From an uncultured Prevotella sp. (GTDB taxonomy: Bacteria; Bacteroidota; Bacteroidia; Bacteroidales; Bacteroidaceae), in contig ONTZ01000013.1 in assembly GCA_900320905.1 (NCBI GenBank), positions 17,071 through 81,070 of the forward strand: a DNA stretch of 64,000 nucleotides. Reading direction: 5' to 3'. Below the pieces are notes generated by a model. The model ran no database searches. It saw only the letters and a list, made by a program, of their open reading frames with translations, and was not told the origin of the DNA. Shown piece by piece: positions 42,237 to 51,839 of this stretch (the stretch's first letter is position 1; each line of letters starts with the position of its first letter). The position numbers and the translations under genes are program-made.

Positions 42237-43625
42237 TCAGGAGTCGTTGATGACCCTTGAGCGGTTGTTTTTTACGGTGATTAGTCTGGTGAGGAAGATG
42301 CTGCCTCGGAAACAAAGTTCGATGGCCATTGCCGTCCAGACACCTTTCAGACCATATTTGGGGGCGAGTGTTGCTGCGAGTGTCAGGCGGACAGCCCACA
42401 TCGAGGCCAAACTCATGATGGCTGGAATCATCGTGTCGCCAGCACCGATGAACACACCATTGCAGACGATGGCGGCAGCAAACATCGGCTCTGCCCAGGC
42501 CTCAATGCGGAGCACCTGTGTGCCCTGGGCAATGACTTCCTCGACAGGTGACATCAGTGACATCAGTTCCGGAGCGAATAGCCACATCAGGATACCCATC
42601 ACCGTCATCACAGCCATGCCCAGTCCTACAGACATACGGGCAAACGAACGTGTCAGCAGATGCTGTCCGGCACCAATGCCTTGCCCCACGAGGGTTGTGG
42701 CGGCTTCTGCTATACCATAGCCAGGCATGTAGCACAGACTCTCTACGGTGATGGCCAGTGAGTGGGCTGCGATAGCGATTGTTCCCAAGGGAGCGACAAT
42801 GACGGTGCTTACTACATAGGCACCTCCCATTAGCAGGTGTTGGAGTCCCATCGGCGCCCCAATCTTAAAAGCAGTCCTGACCGTGTCCGACTTGGGCTTG
42901 AAAGAGCCTGGTCTTCCTGTGAGCGAGAGCATCTTCGACCTGACGAGCAGGAAGTAGAGCATCAGTGCGGCTGTTATCAGCATTGCCACTCCTGTACCTA
43001 TGGCAGCGCCCATCACCCCCATATCCAGTATATAGATAAATAGGTAGTTGAAGCAGACATCCATCACGCACATTCCAATGTTCAGGAAACTCGGAATCTT
43101 CATATTGCCGGAACACTTCAGCATCGAGCCTGCCAAGCCCTCCATCTGGAAGAAAATGCCGCAGAAACCGAAGATGGCAAAATAGAGCGAAGCATCGTGG
43201 GCGATGTCTTCTGTGCCGCCCAACCAGTAGGGGAGGAAGGGACTGATGATAATAGATGTCAGCGAGATGATGAATGCCCAGATGAGGCAACAGATGAGCG
43301 ACTGACGCAGTACCCTGCGGGCTGCCTCGAAGTCGTTGGCACCGATGAAGTGTGCTACCTGAACAGAGAATCCCATATTCGCAGCCGAAGCCAGACCACC
43401 CATCAGCCATCCAGTAGTCTCTACCAGACCGATGGCGGCAGAGGCCTTGGCACCAAGATGTCCCACCATCGAGGCATCGATGAAGAACATCACGGTAGCG
43501 GAGATCTGTGCCAGAATGCTGGGAATACTCAGGCTGATGATGAGCCAGAGTCTTTCCCTTTGGGTCATTGTCCGACCCTCACGGATATAGGACAGTAACA
43601 GTTCACTGTTTTTTACTTTCTTCAT
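42237..43625 (-). CDS. MATE family efflux transporter
   Basis: 12-TM pattern; D..MVGHLG and VGQGIGAG motifs. Confidence 0.92.
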   Translation of the reverse strand: MKKVKNSELLLSYIREGRTMTQRERLWLIISLSIPSILAQISATVMFFIDASMVGHLGAKASAAIGLVETTGWLMGGLASAANMGFSVQVAHFIGANDFEAARRVLRQSLICCLIWAFIISLTSIIISPFLPYWLGGTEDIAHDASLYFAIFGFCGIFFQMEGLAGSMLKCSGNMKIPSFLNIGMCVMDVCFNYLFIYILDMGVMGAAIGTGVAMLITAALMLYFLLVRSKMLSLTGRPGSFKPKSDTVRTAFKIGAPMGLQHLLMGGAYVVSTVIVAPLGTIAIAAHSLAITVESLCYMPGYGIAEAATTLVGQGIGAGQHLLTRSFARMSVGLGMAVMTVMGILMWLFAPELMSLMSPVEEVIAQGTQVLRIEAWAEPMFAAAIVCNGVFIGAGDTMIPAIMSLASMWAVRLTLAATLAPKYGLKGVWTAMAIELCFRGSIFLTRLITVKNNRSRVINDS

Positions 43626-44361
43626 TTAGTTTTTGTGCCTTCCTTTCCCTGATCTCATCCAGATAGCCGGCAGTGATGACACCTGATGGCAAGGCTATGA
43701 TGGCGATGCCCACCAGTGAGGAAATGATACTGATCACTCTTCCTGTGGTGGATATCGGGTAAAGGTCTCCGTAGCCTACTGTCGTCAGTGTACACACTGC
43801 CCAGTAGAATGCATCGAAGAAATTCTCAAACAGATATTCGTTTGTTCCCGGTTTGATATCTTCTTCTGCATTAAACATGATCATAGCCGTTACAAAAGTG
43901 TAGAACATGGCCATTGAAAGAACGGCATACAATATCTTCTTTTGTTTTTTGATAACCGAAAGGATAATCTCTAAAGATTCAAAATAGCGGATGATTTTGA
44001 CCACTCTCAGAATCTTCAATAAGCGTGAGAAGCGGGCGGCCTTGAATGTGGGAGCCAACAGGTTGATGGTTGGCAGGATGGAGAGAAGGTCGATGATGGC
44101 CATCGGGGTAAACGGGTACGTGACAAATGCCGACCAATGCTTTTTGTCCGAACGAGCCTTCGCTGTGATCCATCGTAAAATGTAGTCTACGACAAAGCAC
44201 AGGCAGGAGATGACGTCAAAATACGAGAAAAGGGTATAGTGGGTGCGGAACATCAAGGGGAATACGCCGATGGCGATGGCTATCAACATAATCCACTCAT
44301 AGATGCGAGACCATTTGTTATCTCCGTTTTGCTCGATAATGTTTACAATCTTCTCAATCAT
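43603..44361 (-). CDS. 6-TM voltage-gated-type potassium channel
   Basis: TLTTVGYGD selectivity filter; basic S4 helix RFSRLLKILRVVK. Confidence 0.9.
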   Translation of the reverse strand: MIEKIVNIIEQNGDNKWSRIYEWIMLIAIAIGVFPLMFRTHYTLFSYFDVISCLCFVVDYILRWITAKARSDKKHWSAFVTYPFTPMAIIDLLSILPTINLLAPTFKAARFSRLLKILRVVKIIRYFESLEIILSVIKKQKKILYAVLSMAMFYTFVTAMIMFNAEEDIKPGTNEYLFENFFDAFYWAVCTLTTVGYGDLYPISTTGRVISIISSLVGIAIIALPSGVITAGYLDEIRERKAQKLNEESKKQ

Positions 44362-44382
44362 ATCACTCTAACTAATAACAAA

Positions 44383-45480
44383 TCATTTGCTAAGATGCGA
44401 GCCGGTCAGGGTCATGACCACATACTCTGAGCGGGTACCGATACGGAACTTACCGCCCCAGATGCCGAGACCACTGGTGATGTAATAGTGGGTGCGGCCC
44501 CGTTGGTATGGCCCAAAGGCGCATTCGTAGACGTGTTCCGTAATCCACGAGATGGGCCAGACCTGTCCGTGATGGGTGTGACCACTGAACTGAAAGTCTA
44601 TCTGCTGGCGCTCTGCCTGGTCCAAGTGGTAAGGCTGGTGGTCGAGCAGGATACAGTATTTCGAGCGGTCAGCCTTTTTCATCAGCACACCCAGCGAATC
44701 CCTGTGGAAATTACTGCGGTCATCGCGTCCGATGAGGCAGAGGTCGCCAATGGTGACACAGGAGTCCTGCAACAGACGGATGCCGGCATCCTTGTAGAAC
44801 TGCCGGGCCCTGGGTTCCCCACTGTAATACTCGTGGTTGCCGATACAGGCATAGACAGGTGCCTTCAACCGCAGGAACTCCTCGTGCATCTGCTCTTCGA
44901 GCAAAGGGCGCATGCTACCGTCGATGATGTCGCCAGCAATGAGAATCAGGTCTGGCTGCTCGGCATTGATTAGATCCACCCAACGGTGCAGTTCACTTCG
45001 TCGGTTGTGATAGCCGAGGTGCAAGTCGCTCATCGCCACAATCTTCACAGGCTTGCTTATCTGTTTTTCTGTGGTCAGTTGCAGTTCCTCGCGATGCTTG
45101 TGCTGATAATGCAGGTAGCCATACAGGAATAAGGCAAATATACCGATAGCAATGCCACCTGCCGTCCACCAGTTATTATATAATAAGGTACGAGGCACGA
45201 GATGAATGAGTCTCCCGAGGTCGAGCACCAGAAACAGCATGAAGAGGTAAAGCAGAATGAAGATGCTCGAAGTACCCACTTCGTAAACGGCGATGGCCAA
45301 CGGCATGGGCATCCGGTCGGTAGAGCGCAGGATGCCTGCGAACAACAGCAGGAACGCCCCTGTCATCAAGGCAACGATCAGTACCTTCCACAGCCATCCG
45401 AGTGGGAGCAGGCACCAGACGTGCCAACTGATATAGGCAAGTGCCGACAACGGCAACAGGGTAAAAACCAGCATCCACAT
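44383..45480 (-). CDS. Membrane-anchored metallophosphoesterase (YkuE-like)
   Basis: SDLH, GDIID, GNHE and SGHTHHGQ motifs. Confidence 0.9.
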   Translation of the reverse strand: MWMLVFTLLPLSALAYISWHVWCLLPLGWLWKVLIVALMTGAFLLLFAGILRSTDRMPMPLAIAVYEVGTSSIFILLYLFMLFLVLDLGRLIHLVPRTLLYNNWWTAGGIAIGIFALFLYGYLHYQHKHREELQLTTEKQISKPVKIVAMSDLHLGYHNRRSELHRWVDLINAEQPDLILIAGDIIDGSMRPLLEEQMHEEFLRLKAPVYACIGNHEYYSGEPRARQFYKDAGIRLLQDSCVTIGDLCLIGRDDRSNFHRDSLGVLMKKADRSKYCILLDHQPYHLDQAERQQIDFQFSGHTHHGQVWPISWITEHVYECAFGPYQRGRTHYYITSGLGIWGGKFRIGTRSEYVVMTLTGSHLSK

Positions 45481-45532
45481 AGTGCTCAGGATTTTTGCAA
45501 AATAATGAAAACCTACAGAGGGCTCTGGCGGT

Positions 45533-46411
45533 TTAGAAATTTCGTTCTGGACAGACAACGGCGATGCTCCAGCCTGTTTGTGTGATGGGCTGATAGAACA
45601 CAAGGCATTGCTCTCCGTCGAAGTTTACTGACATGTTGCCTTTATTGCCCTTCACCATCTCGTTCCCCAAGGCAATAATGTCGCCCTGCAGACGTGAGTT
45701 GACACCGTCGAAGATGGTATGGTAAACGAGTTTGTCTTTGTCTGGATGGACGAGGAAGTTGCCGCTCTTGCCAGTCATCATGTAATAGGCACCCTCGCAG
45801 GGCAGTTCTTCTGTTATGGACTTCGACAGCATGGGTAGTGAAAGGTCGGTGGAGATTACACCGATGAAAGTGCTGTCTGAATCGTAGAGAGGCATCGAGT
45901 AGGAGGCAATCATCTCCGAAGAGGACAATGTGCCGGCCTCGTTGAAGTCGTCATAGGGATCCACCCATACGGGCTTGCCTGCCTCCTTGGGTTTCTTGTA
46001 CCAGTCTTTGCTGTAGTAGTCGTATGCTCCCTCTATCTCGGTCACGATGGTCTGGCCTTGCCTGACGGTGTAGGCGGAGAAGTTGTGACCCAACTTTGGA
46101 AAAAAGTTCGGCTCTGTCGTGATGGAACAGCCGTTGAGGTTGGGATTCAACTCAACGATACGATGGGTATAAGCCAGCAACGAGTCGGGGCACATGTTGT
46201 TCATCACCTGCCATTCCATGTTGCGGGTCACCGTCTCTACCTCGTTCAGATAACTTGTGGTGCGCATGGCCGTTTTTTCCAGCATATGCTCAGTCCGCTT
46301 CATGGCCTCTTCTTTCAATGTGACGTGGGAATGCCACAGCAGCGCAACCAGGATGATAGCAACGACAGCGACCCCTGCCAGTATGACCTTGTTTGAGAGT
46401 ATCTTTTTCAT
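45533..46411 (-). CDS. Stand-alone dCache sensor-domain protein
   Basis: One N-terminal TM; DWY..PK...PVWVDPY.D, GVISTD and FLVHPD motifs; ends right after GWSIAVV. Confidence 0.8.
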   Translation of the reverse strand: MKKILSNKVILAGVAVVAIILVALLWHSHVTLKEEAMKRTEHMLEKTAMRTTSYLNEVETVTRNMEWQVMNNMCPDSLLAYTHRIVELNPNLNGCSITTEPNFFPKLGHNFSAYTVRQGQTIVTEIEGAYDYYSKDWYKKPKEAGKPVWVDPYDDFNEAGTLSSSEMIASYSMPLYDSDSTFIGVISTDLSLPMLSKSITEELPCEGAYYMMTGKSGNFLVHPDKDKLVYHTIFDGVNSRLQGDIIALGNEMVKGNKGNMSVNFDGEQCLVFYQPITQTGWSIAVVCPERNF

Positions 46412-46482
46412 TTTATGAAATATTTCTGTGCAAAGGTACAAATTTCTTTTTAAATAACGTGAAGAAATACATTATAATGAAT

Positions 46483-46521
46483 AAAAAATCCGCATAGTCT
46501 TGAAAACTATACGGATTTTTT
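46483..46521. terminator. Bidirectional-type hairpin terminator
   Basis: AAAAAATCCGCATAGT...ACTATACGGATTTTTT. Confidence 0.7.
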
Positions 46522-46568
46522 ATCCAAATTATTATAAGAAAATGCGGATGACAGGGTGACGGATGTCA

Positions 46569-47012
46569 TTATTTCCACCAGAAATTATCCAAGAATTTAC
46601 CTTGCACATAGTTGGTGAAAATACCATTCTCGTCAGCGATGTTCTTTCTCTCTTCAACAGGCACGAACGTATCGTCAACCAGAATCTTACATGCAGCCTT
46701 ACCTGTTTCAGCTTTAAGTTCCATCCATTTGTCATCCTTCTTCACCTCGATGATGATATTCCGGATCTGCTCAGGCGTCATGTAAGTGCCCTCAACGGTA
46801 AATTCTGCCTCTGGCATCTTAGGGCAATCACGCGGAAGAGCGGATCGCCACCCTGGAATCCCGGGCTGCAAGTCGTCTGAGGAATAGTGATACTGGGCTT
46901 GCCTGACTTGAAGCCTGCGGCAAAGATATTGTTGTTTATGCTGAATTCGCCTTGTTTATAAATGAACGGTTTTGCTGCTACAGATCCACTACCATCGCTG
47001 TCATATCCTAAT
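46569..47012 (-). pseudogene. Fragmented remnant of a surface lipoprotein (LruC/DUF4842-like, by recollection)
   Basis: One frame ends ...GGDPLFRVIA, then shifts to ...WMELKAETGKAACKI...NFWWK; no valid start. Confidence 0.4.
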
Positions 47013-47140
47013 TATGTACATTAGTAATTGTGTTAATAAATCTCTTTTCCTTCTTTATGATGTATCGGTTACAAAGATACGAAAAAGATGATAAAATACG
47101 CGAAAATGTACGTTAATAATAGTTAATCGCCGGAAGATAG

Positions 47141-48376
47141 TCATTTACAATTGGGGCTGGGGGCTGTTCCTTGCCCATTGAATTTGTTGTTCATGACAAC
47201 GGCGCAGGAGGCATCGCCAGTAATCGACATGACTGTGCGGCCCATGTCCACAATACGGTCTACTCCAGCCACGATGGCCACGCACTCCACAGGAATATGC
47301 GCTGTTGCAAATACCATCGCCATCAATGCCAAGGATCCGCCAGGAATGCCTGGTGTGCCGATAGAGGCGACCGTTGAGGCAAAGGCAATGGCAAAATACT
47401 GATGCATCGTCAGGTCGATGCCACAACAGGTTGCCATGAAGACAGAAGCCACACCGAGGTAGATGGCCACACCGTCCATGTTGATCGTCGCACCTAATGA
47501 CAGTACAAAGTTGCCTATATCCTTGCGGACACCCATCTTCTCAGTACATTCCATCGTGTAGGGCAGGGTGGCGACAGACGAGTCGCTCGAGAAGGCAAAC
47601 AGCATGGCTGGGTGCATCTCCTTGAAAAATTTGATGGGCGACATGCCTCCCAGCAGATAGACCAGCGAGGCATAGACGCATACTGCATGGATGCAGAAAC
47701 AGAAATAGCCCAGGGCGATAAGTGCTGCATAGGAGCCTAACACAGTCGGGCCATTGGTCACCACAACAGGCGTCAGCATGCAGAATACGCCATACGGTGC
47801 AAGGGCCATGATATACGATAGTATTTTCGATATGACAGCATTGAAACTGAGCGTGACCTTTCGTGCTGGTTCTCCTGCCTCGCCTGAATGAACCATCGCC
47901 ACACCAAAGAATAGGGCAATCACAATGACCTGAATCATCGTCATATTGCTCAATGGGGCCATGATGTTGTCAGGAAACATATTGACGATCTGGCTCATGA
48001 TAGTGATGTCAGGAATCTCTATTTCAGGTGCGCTACCGGCTGTATCCACATGGATGAGGGGAAGGAAACCTTTCACCAGAGTGGATAGTCCTAGTCCGAG
48101 TGTGACAGCAATCACCGTTGTAAACATGAAATAGAGCAAGGCTCGTAATCCCAGTTTTCCAACCTTCGACACGTCGTCCATCGACAGAATGCCCGCCATG
48201 ATGGAAAACAATACCAGAGGTACGACAATGAACTTCAGCATGTTCAGGAAGATACTTCCCAAAGGCTTGATGTATTCATTCACGAAGCCAGCATAATCCC
48301 GTAGCAGTATACCAACTATTATTGCCAAGACCAATGCTATGGCTATCTGTGAGGTTAGCGATAGTTTCTTCATCAT
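47141..48376 (-). CDS. Dicarboxylate/amino acid:cation symporter (DAACS)
   Basis: AFSSDSS.ATLP, LGATINMDG and DMGRT...GD motifs. Confidence 0.93.
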   Translation of the reverse strand: MMKKLSLTSQIAIALVLAIIVGILLRDYAGFVNEYIKPLGSIFLNMLKFIVVPLVLFSIMAGILSMDDVSKVGKLGLRALLYFMFTTVIAVTLGLGLSTLVKGFLPLIHVDTAGSAPEIEIPDITIMSQIVNMFPDNIMAPLSNMTMIQVIVIALFFGVAMVHSGEAGEPARKVTLSFNAVISKILSYIMALAPYGVFCMLTPVVVTNGPTVLGSYAALIALGYFCFCIHAVCVYASLVYLLGGMSPIKFFKEMHPAMLFAFSSDSSVATLPYTMECTEKMGVRKDIGNFVLSLGATINMDGVAIYLGVASVFMATCCGIDLTMHQYFAIAFASTVASIGTPGIPGGSLALMAMVFATAHIPVECVAIVAGVDRIVDMGRTVMSITGDASCAVVMNNKFNGQGTAPSPNCK

Positions 48377-48384
48377 GCTTACTT

Positions 48385-48786
48385 TTATTGTGGAAGGGGA
48401 ACGGATTTGCGATAGCCCATACCTGTAACGTGGCAGATAAGACGGCCTTCCTGATTGGTGACGCGCACCTCGACGGATGGAATTTTGTGATGGTCGCAGA
48501 CAGTGACGGCTTCTGCGCGAAGATGGTCGCCCTCTTTGGCACTCGACACAAACATGATATTGTTGCTGATGCCGACGGTCAGTTGTCCTCGGGCGTTCAT
48601 CAGGGCAGCGATGGCCAGGTCGGCCAATGTGAACAATGCGCCTCCCTGACAGACGTTAGCCCCGTTCAGATGACTGTTGGCCACTACCATCTCAGCGACA
48701 GCATGTTCTGTGTCCACTTCTGTGATCTTGCAACCAGCATTGGCTGCAAAGCGATCTGTACGATTCAGTAATTCTTGAATATTCAT
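48385..48786 (-). CDS. PaaI family thioesterase
   Basis: HLNGANVCQGGALFTLAD hotdog motif. Confidence 0.9.
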   Translation of the reverse strand: MNIQELLNRTDRFAANAGCKITEVDTEHAVAEMVVANSHLNGANVCQGGALFTLADLAIAALMNARGQLTVGISNNIMFVSSAKEGDHLRAEAVTVCDHHKIPSVEVRVTNQEGRLICHVTGMGYRKSVPLPQ

Positions 48787-48876
48787 CGGATTCCTGTTTT
48801 TATTCTTGTATCTTTTTTTATTAGTAAAGTAATCCCAACAGCCACAAAGGCAATTTGTTGCCTCTTGGCATTTCTT

Positions 48877-49678
48877 TTATTCTTCATCGTTATCATTAGC
48901 TGGCAGAAGATAGTCAGTGGCTTTGGCAGAAGAAATAACGCTTCGCCCTAACTTTCCTTCTAACTGCTTGCGAGCTGCCTTTGCTACGCTACCGCCATCC
49001 TTAGCAACACGCTGCTGGGCCTTATAACCTTTAGGATCACGCTGTTTGGATAACTCCGTAGCAGATGCTTCTGCCAACGTATTGAGCGCAATCTCGACAT
49101 TTGTCATGTTGTCGCGCAGATTCTCTTTCTTTAGTCCTTTATAGTGCTTGTACTGTTTAGTGGTAAATCCGCTCCATTCTTGGGTGATGATGTCCGTCAG
49201 CAGAGCATATTCCATACCTTCATGCACGCCTGTACGCTTCCACTCGTCTGTGAGTTCCTGGCGCACCTCAATACTCTTGATACGCTGATTTATCCATGCA
49301 TCAGAGTAACCCAGTCGTTTGTAGTCGATGATAGCCTGATCAATGCTCAGTTCTGGGTCTTGCATTTGGTCAATACGTTGACTGGCCACCAATGCCATCC
49401 ATTGTTTAAAAGGTTCAGCCTTTGGTGATGGGATAGACTGTATCAAGCGGAAAAGCTGTTCTGTATCAGCGACATCCGTCAATCGCATCTTACCGTCAGC
49501 AGCACGAAGTTTCAACTGGTGACAATTTGTCACCGTTTCATTTCCTTCCTCTTTCAGACGTTGTTTAAGTTTATTCCAATACTTTCGTGCGGTGAGAGCA
49601 TCTTTACTATCAGTCAGCACACCACATACATCGGACTTTCTTTTCTTCAAACAGTTGTATTGTTTGTTTCTTTGTCAT
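48877..49678 (-). pseudogene. BRO-N domain protein, frameshifted near the 5' end
   Basis: ATG at 49678 reads MTKKQTIQLFEEKKVR, then goes out of frame with DVCGVLTDS...RLIQSIPSPKAEPFKQW. Confidence 0.75.
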
Positions 49679-49755
49679 ATCTCGTCTTTCTATTATTTTC
49701 TTTGCAAAGATAATCATTTATTTAGAAATGATCACAAGAACCGTCCCCATGATTC

Positions 49756-49920
49756 TAAAAACACTTTCTAAAAACACTTTGCCCATTTCGACGCATAATT
49801 TATGTTTTTATGGGATTGCCCTAAAATAGTGGTTCTCCCCATTCTTAATAGGTCTTCTATAAAAACACTTTTTAAAAACACTTTGCTCATTTCGACGCAT
49901 ATTTTATGTTTTTATGCGAT
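49756..49920. repeat. 61-bp direct repeat (49756-49816 and 49860-49920)
   Basis: taaaaacacttt.taaaaacactttgc.catttcgacgcata.tttatgtttttatg.gat, about 4 mismatches. Confidence 0.85.
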
Positions 49921-50977
49921 ATTTAGTCCAACGTTTCTGCCCTTCAGAATCAAGTTTCCCCTCTGCTATCAGTTGCTTTATTTGGAATTGGAGTTTACGC
50001 AGTGGAATCTCTTTGCCTATCCTTTCGTGAATATCGGTAATAGAGCAAGGTTGGTAAATCCTCAAGTCTTCCATGATAAGCTCACGTAATCGATAGCTTT
50101 CGATTCTTTTAAGTGAGGTTGTGCCTTTATAATTACTGTCGCGTAGAATGTTTATCACTACTCTGTACTCTTTTGCCTTTGACTTGTCGCTTGTGGCATT
50201 GACAAAGCCTTTGTCAACCAATGGTCTTAGCCAAGGACGCAATGCATCAGCATCTTTTAAGTGCAGAAGCGCTATTAGTTGAGATGCTGTAAGGCTTTCA
50301 TGTATGGCGATTAGGCCGAGGCAAATGAGCTGCTTCTGTTTCAATTCTTGGCTCTGGTCAGCAAACTGCATTACTTTGATGACCTCTTGGCTTATAACAC
50401 GTCGCTCCACACGTACCTTTACGTAGTCATCTCCCTCCTCAACCATAGGAACCGCTTTTCCATTGGCTAACAGCTTCTCATACATCATATCATACCCAGA
50501 TCCTTCGCGTTCCATCAGGTGTAAAGCATAGAATATTGCTGCCATATGTTCGTTTCGCTTCTTCGTCATATGTAATATGTTGTCTGCTGTTACACCTATT
50601 GGCAGCAGTCCTGGATTCACGATTTCTATATAGTCAGGATGGATGTTAAGGAAAATGTCACCACGAATCGTATATGGGCGATGTACCAGCGAGTTCCCGA
50701 CAAGCTCTCTTATGACACTTTCTGGGTATGCAGGTATATTTCGGCGGAACATGCCGTCACCGATTTCCGTGCTTTCCTTCCACTCAGGTATAGTGTTCCA
50801 TATAGGTATACGTTGTGATGCCGGTGGAAGTGTATCTTTATCTTCGATACCAATGTCAATAACTCCCCCCTGTGCATTGCTGAACGCGACACAATCCTTT
50901 GCCAACTCTGCGAAGTCAGCAGTTTTCCCTACTACCGTCTTTAGAGATTTCTTGTCGTATAATGTATTCTCCTTCAT
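49904..50977 (-). CDS. AlbA_2 (Schlafen-like) + HATPase_c_4 + wHTH protein, probably internally deleted
   Basis: AKDCVAFSNAQGG.I.IGI.D, RELVGNSLVHR and MEREGSG motifs; the AlbA domain breaks off at ASQRIP. Confidence 0.7.
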   Translation of the reverse strand: MKENTLYDKKSLKTVVGKTADFAELAKDCVAFSNAQGGVIDIGIEDKDTLPPASQRIPIWNTIPEWKESTEIGDGMFRRNIPAYPESVIRELVGNSLVHRPYTIRGDIFLNIHPDYIEIVNPGLLPIGVTADNILHMTKKRNEHMAAIFYALHLMEREGSGYDMMYEKLLANGKAVPMVEEGDDYVKVRVERRVISQEVIKVMQFADQSQELKQKQLICLGLIAIHESLTASQLIALLHLKDADALRPWLRPLVDKGFVNATSDKSKAKEYRVVINILRDSNYKGTTSLKRIESYRLRELIMEDLRIYQPCSITDIHERIGKEIPLRKLQFQIKQLIAEGKLDSEGQKRWTKYRIKT

Positions 50978-51078
50978 ATTTCGTTTGCAAAGATAATCAT
51001 TTATTTCAATCTACACATTATTTATTATAAAGAACGAATCACAGAACCGTCCCTTGATCTATTTGATTCCCTGAGTTT

Positions 51079-51828
51079 TTATAACGTTACAGTAAATTCT
51101 ATGTCATCGTCTTCAGCAAAATCACTTGCATAATCGTAAGATGCATCTTCATAGAAATCTTTGCGATGTACTCCTGACACATAAGTCTCAACTAAGCCAT
51201 CATCAGGATCGCAAGCTTCATCTTTCATATTATTACGGATGGCTTTAATTATTCGCTTGTGCAAACTGGGGCGGTTTTCTGAGATATAACCTGAAGTTAA
51301 TTCACCTTCCTCTCCTTCTGCATTCTGAAGCCATTCATATTCTTTGTCTTTAACTTCTATATCGAATGTGGTCTCACCTAATCTGTCATAGCCAAAGACC
51401 GAATAAGTAATTTCGATACTATTATGTGTTTCTAATAGCCCTAATTCTAATTCTTCAAAATATCGATCAGGGTCAATACCTTTTTTTAGAAGTGCTTCGT
51501 TCTCTCTTTCCCATTGTTCTGAAAGTGTTTTATACGCTTCGTCAATCTTATTTTCCAATCCTCTTTGACTGTCTCCTTTAACAAATTCCATATATCCTCC
51601 TTTCCTTTTTTTAGCTTTTACTATGGCTTCCCATCTATCACCTTCATAATATGGGCCTCTATAAAAATCCACATAGAAACGACCTGATGCATCTTCCATG
51701 TTTCGGAGATGAATGTCCTCTTGCGATGGAAAGGATGATTTTGAAGCCATTGTTGCATGAGAAAGAAGATATGAGAACAGCATAATTAAAATGAAAACTA
51801 AAATAACTATAGCAAGAAAGGTTTCCAT
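51079..51828 (-). CDS. Hypothetical membrane-anchored acidic protein
   Basis: 249-aa ORF with an N-terminal TM; AT-rich. Confidence 0.65.
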   Translation of the reverse strand: METFLAIVILVFILIMLFSYLLSHATMASKSSFPSQEDIHLRNMEDASGRFYVDFYRGPYYEGDRWEAIVKAKKRKGGYMEFVKGDSQRGLENKIDEAYKTLSEQWERENEALLKKGIDPDRYFEELELGLLETHNSIEITYSVFGYDRLGETTFDIEVKDKEYEWLQNAEGEEGELTSGYISENRPSLHKRIIKAIRNNMKDEACDPDDGLVETYVSGVHRKDFYEDASYDYASDFAEDDDIEFTVTL

Positions 51829-51839
51829 ACAGATTGAAA

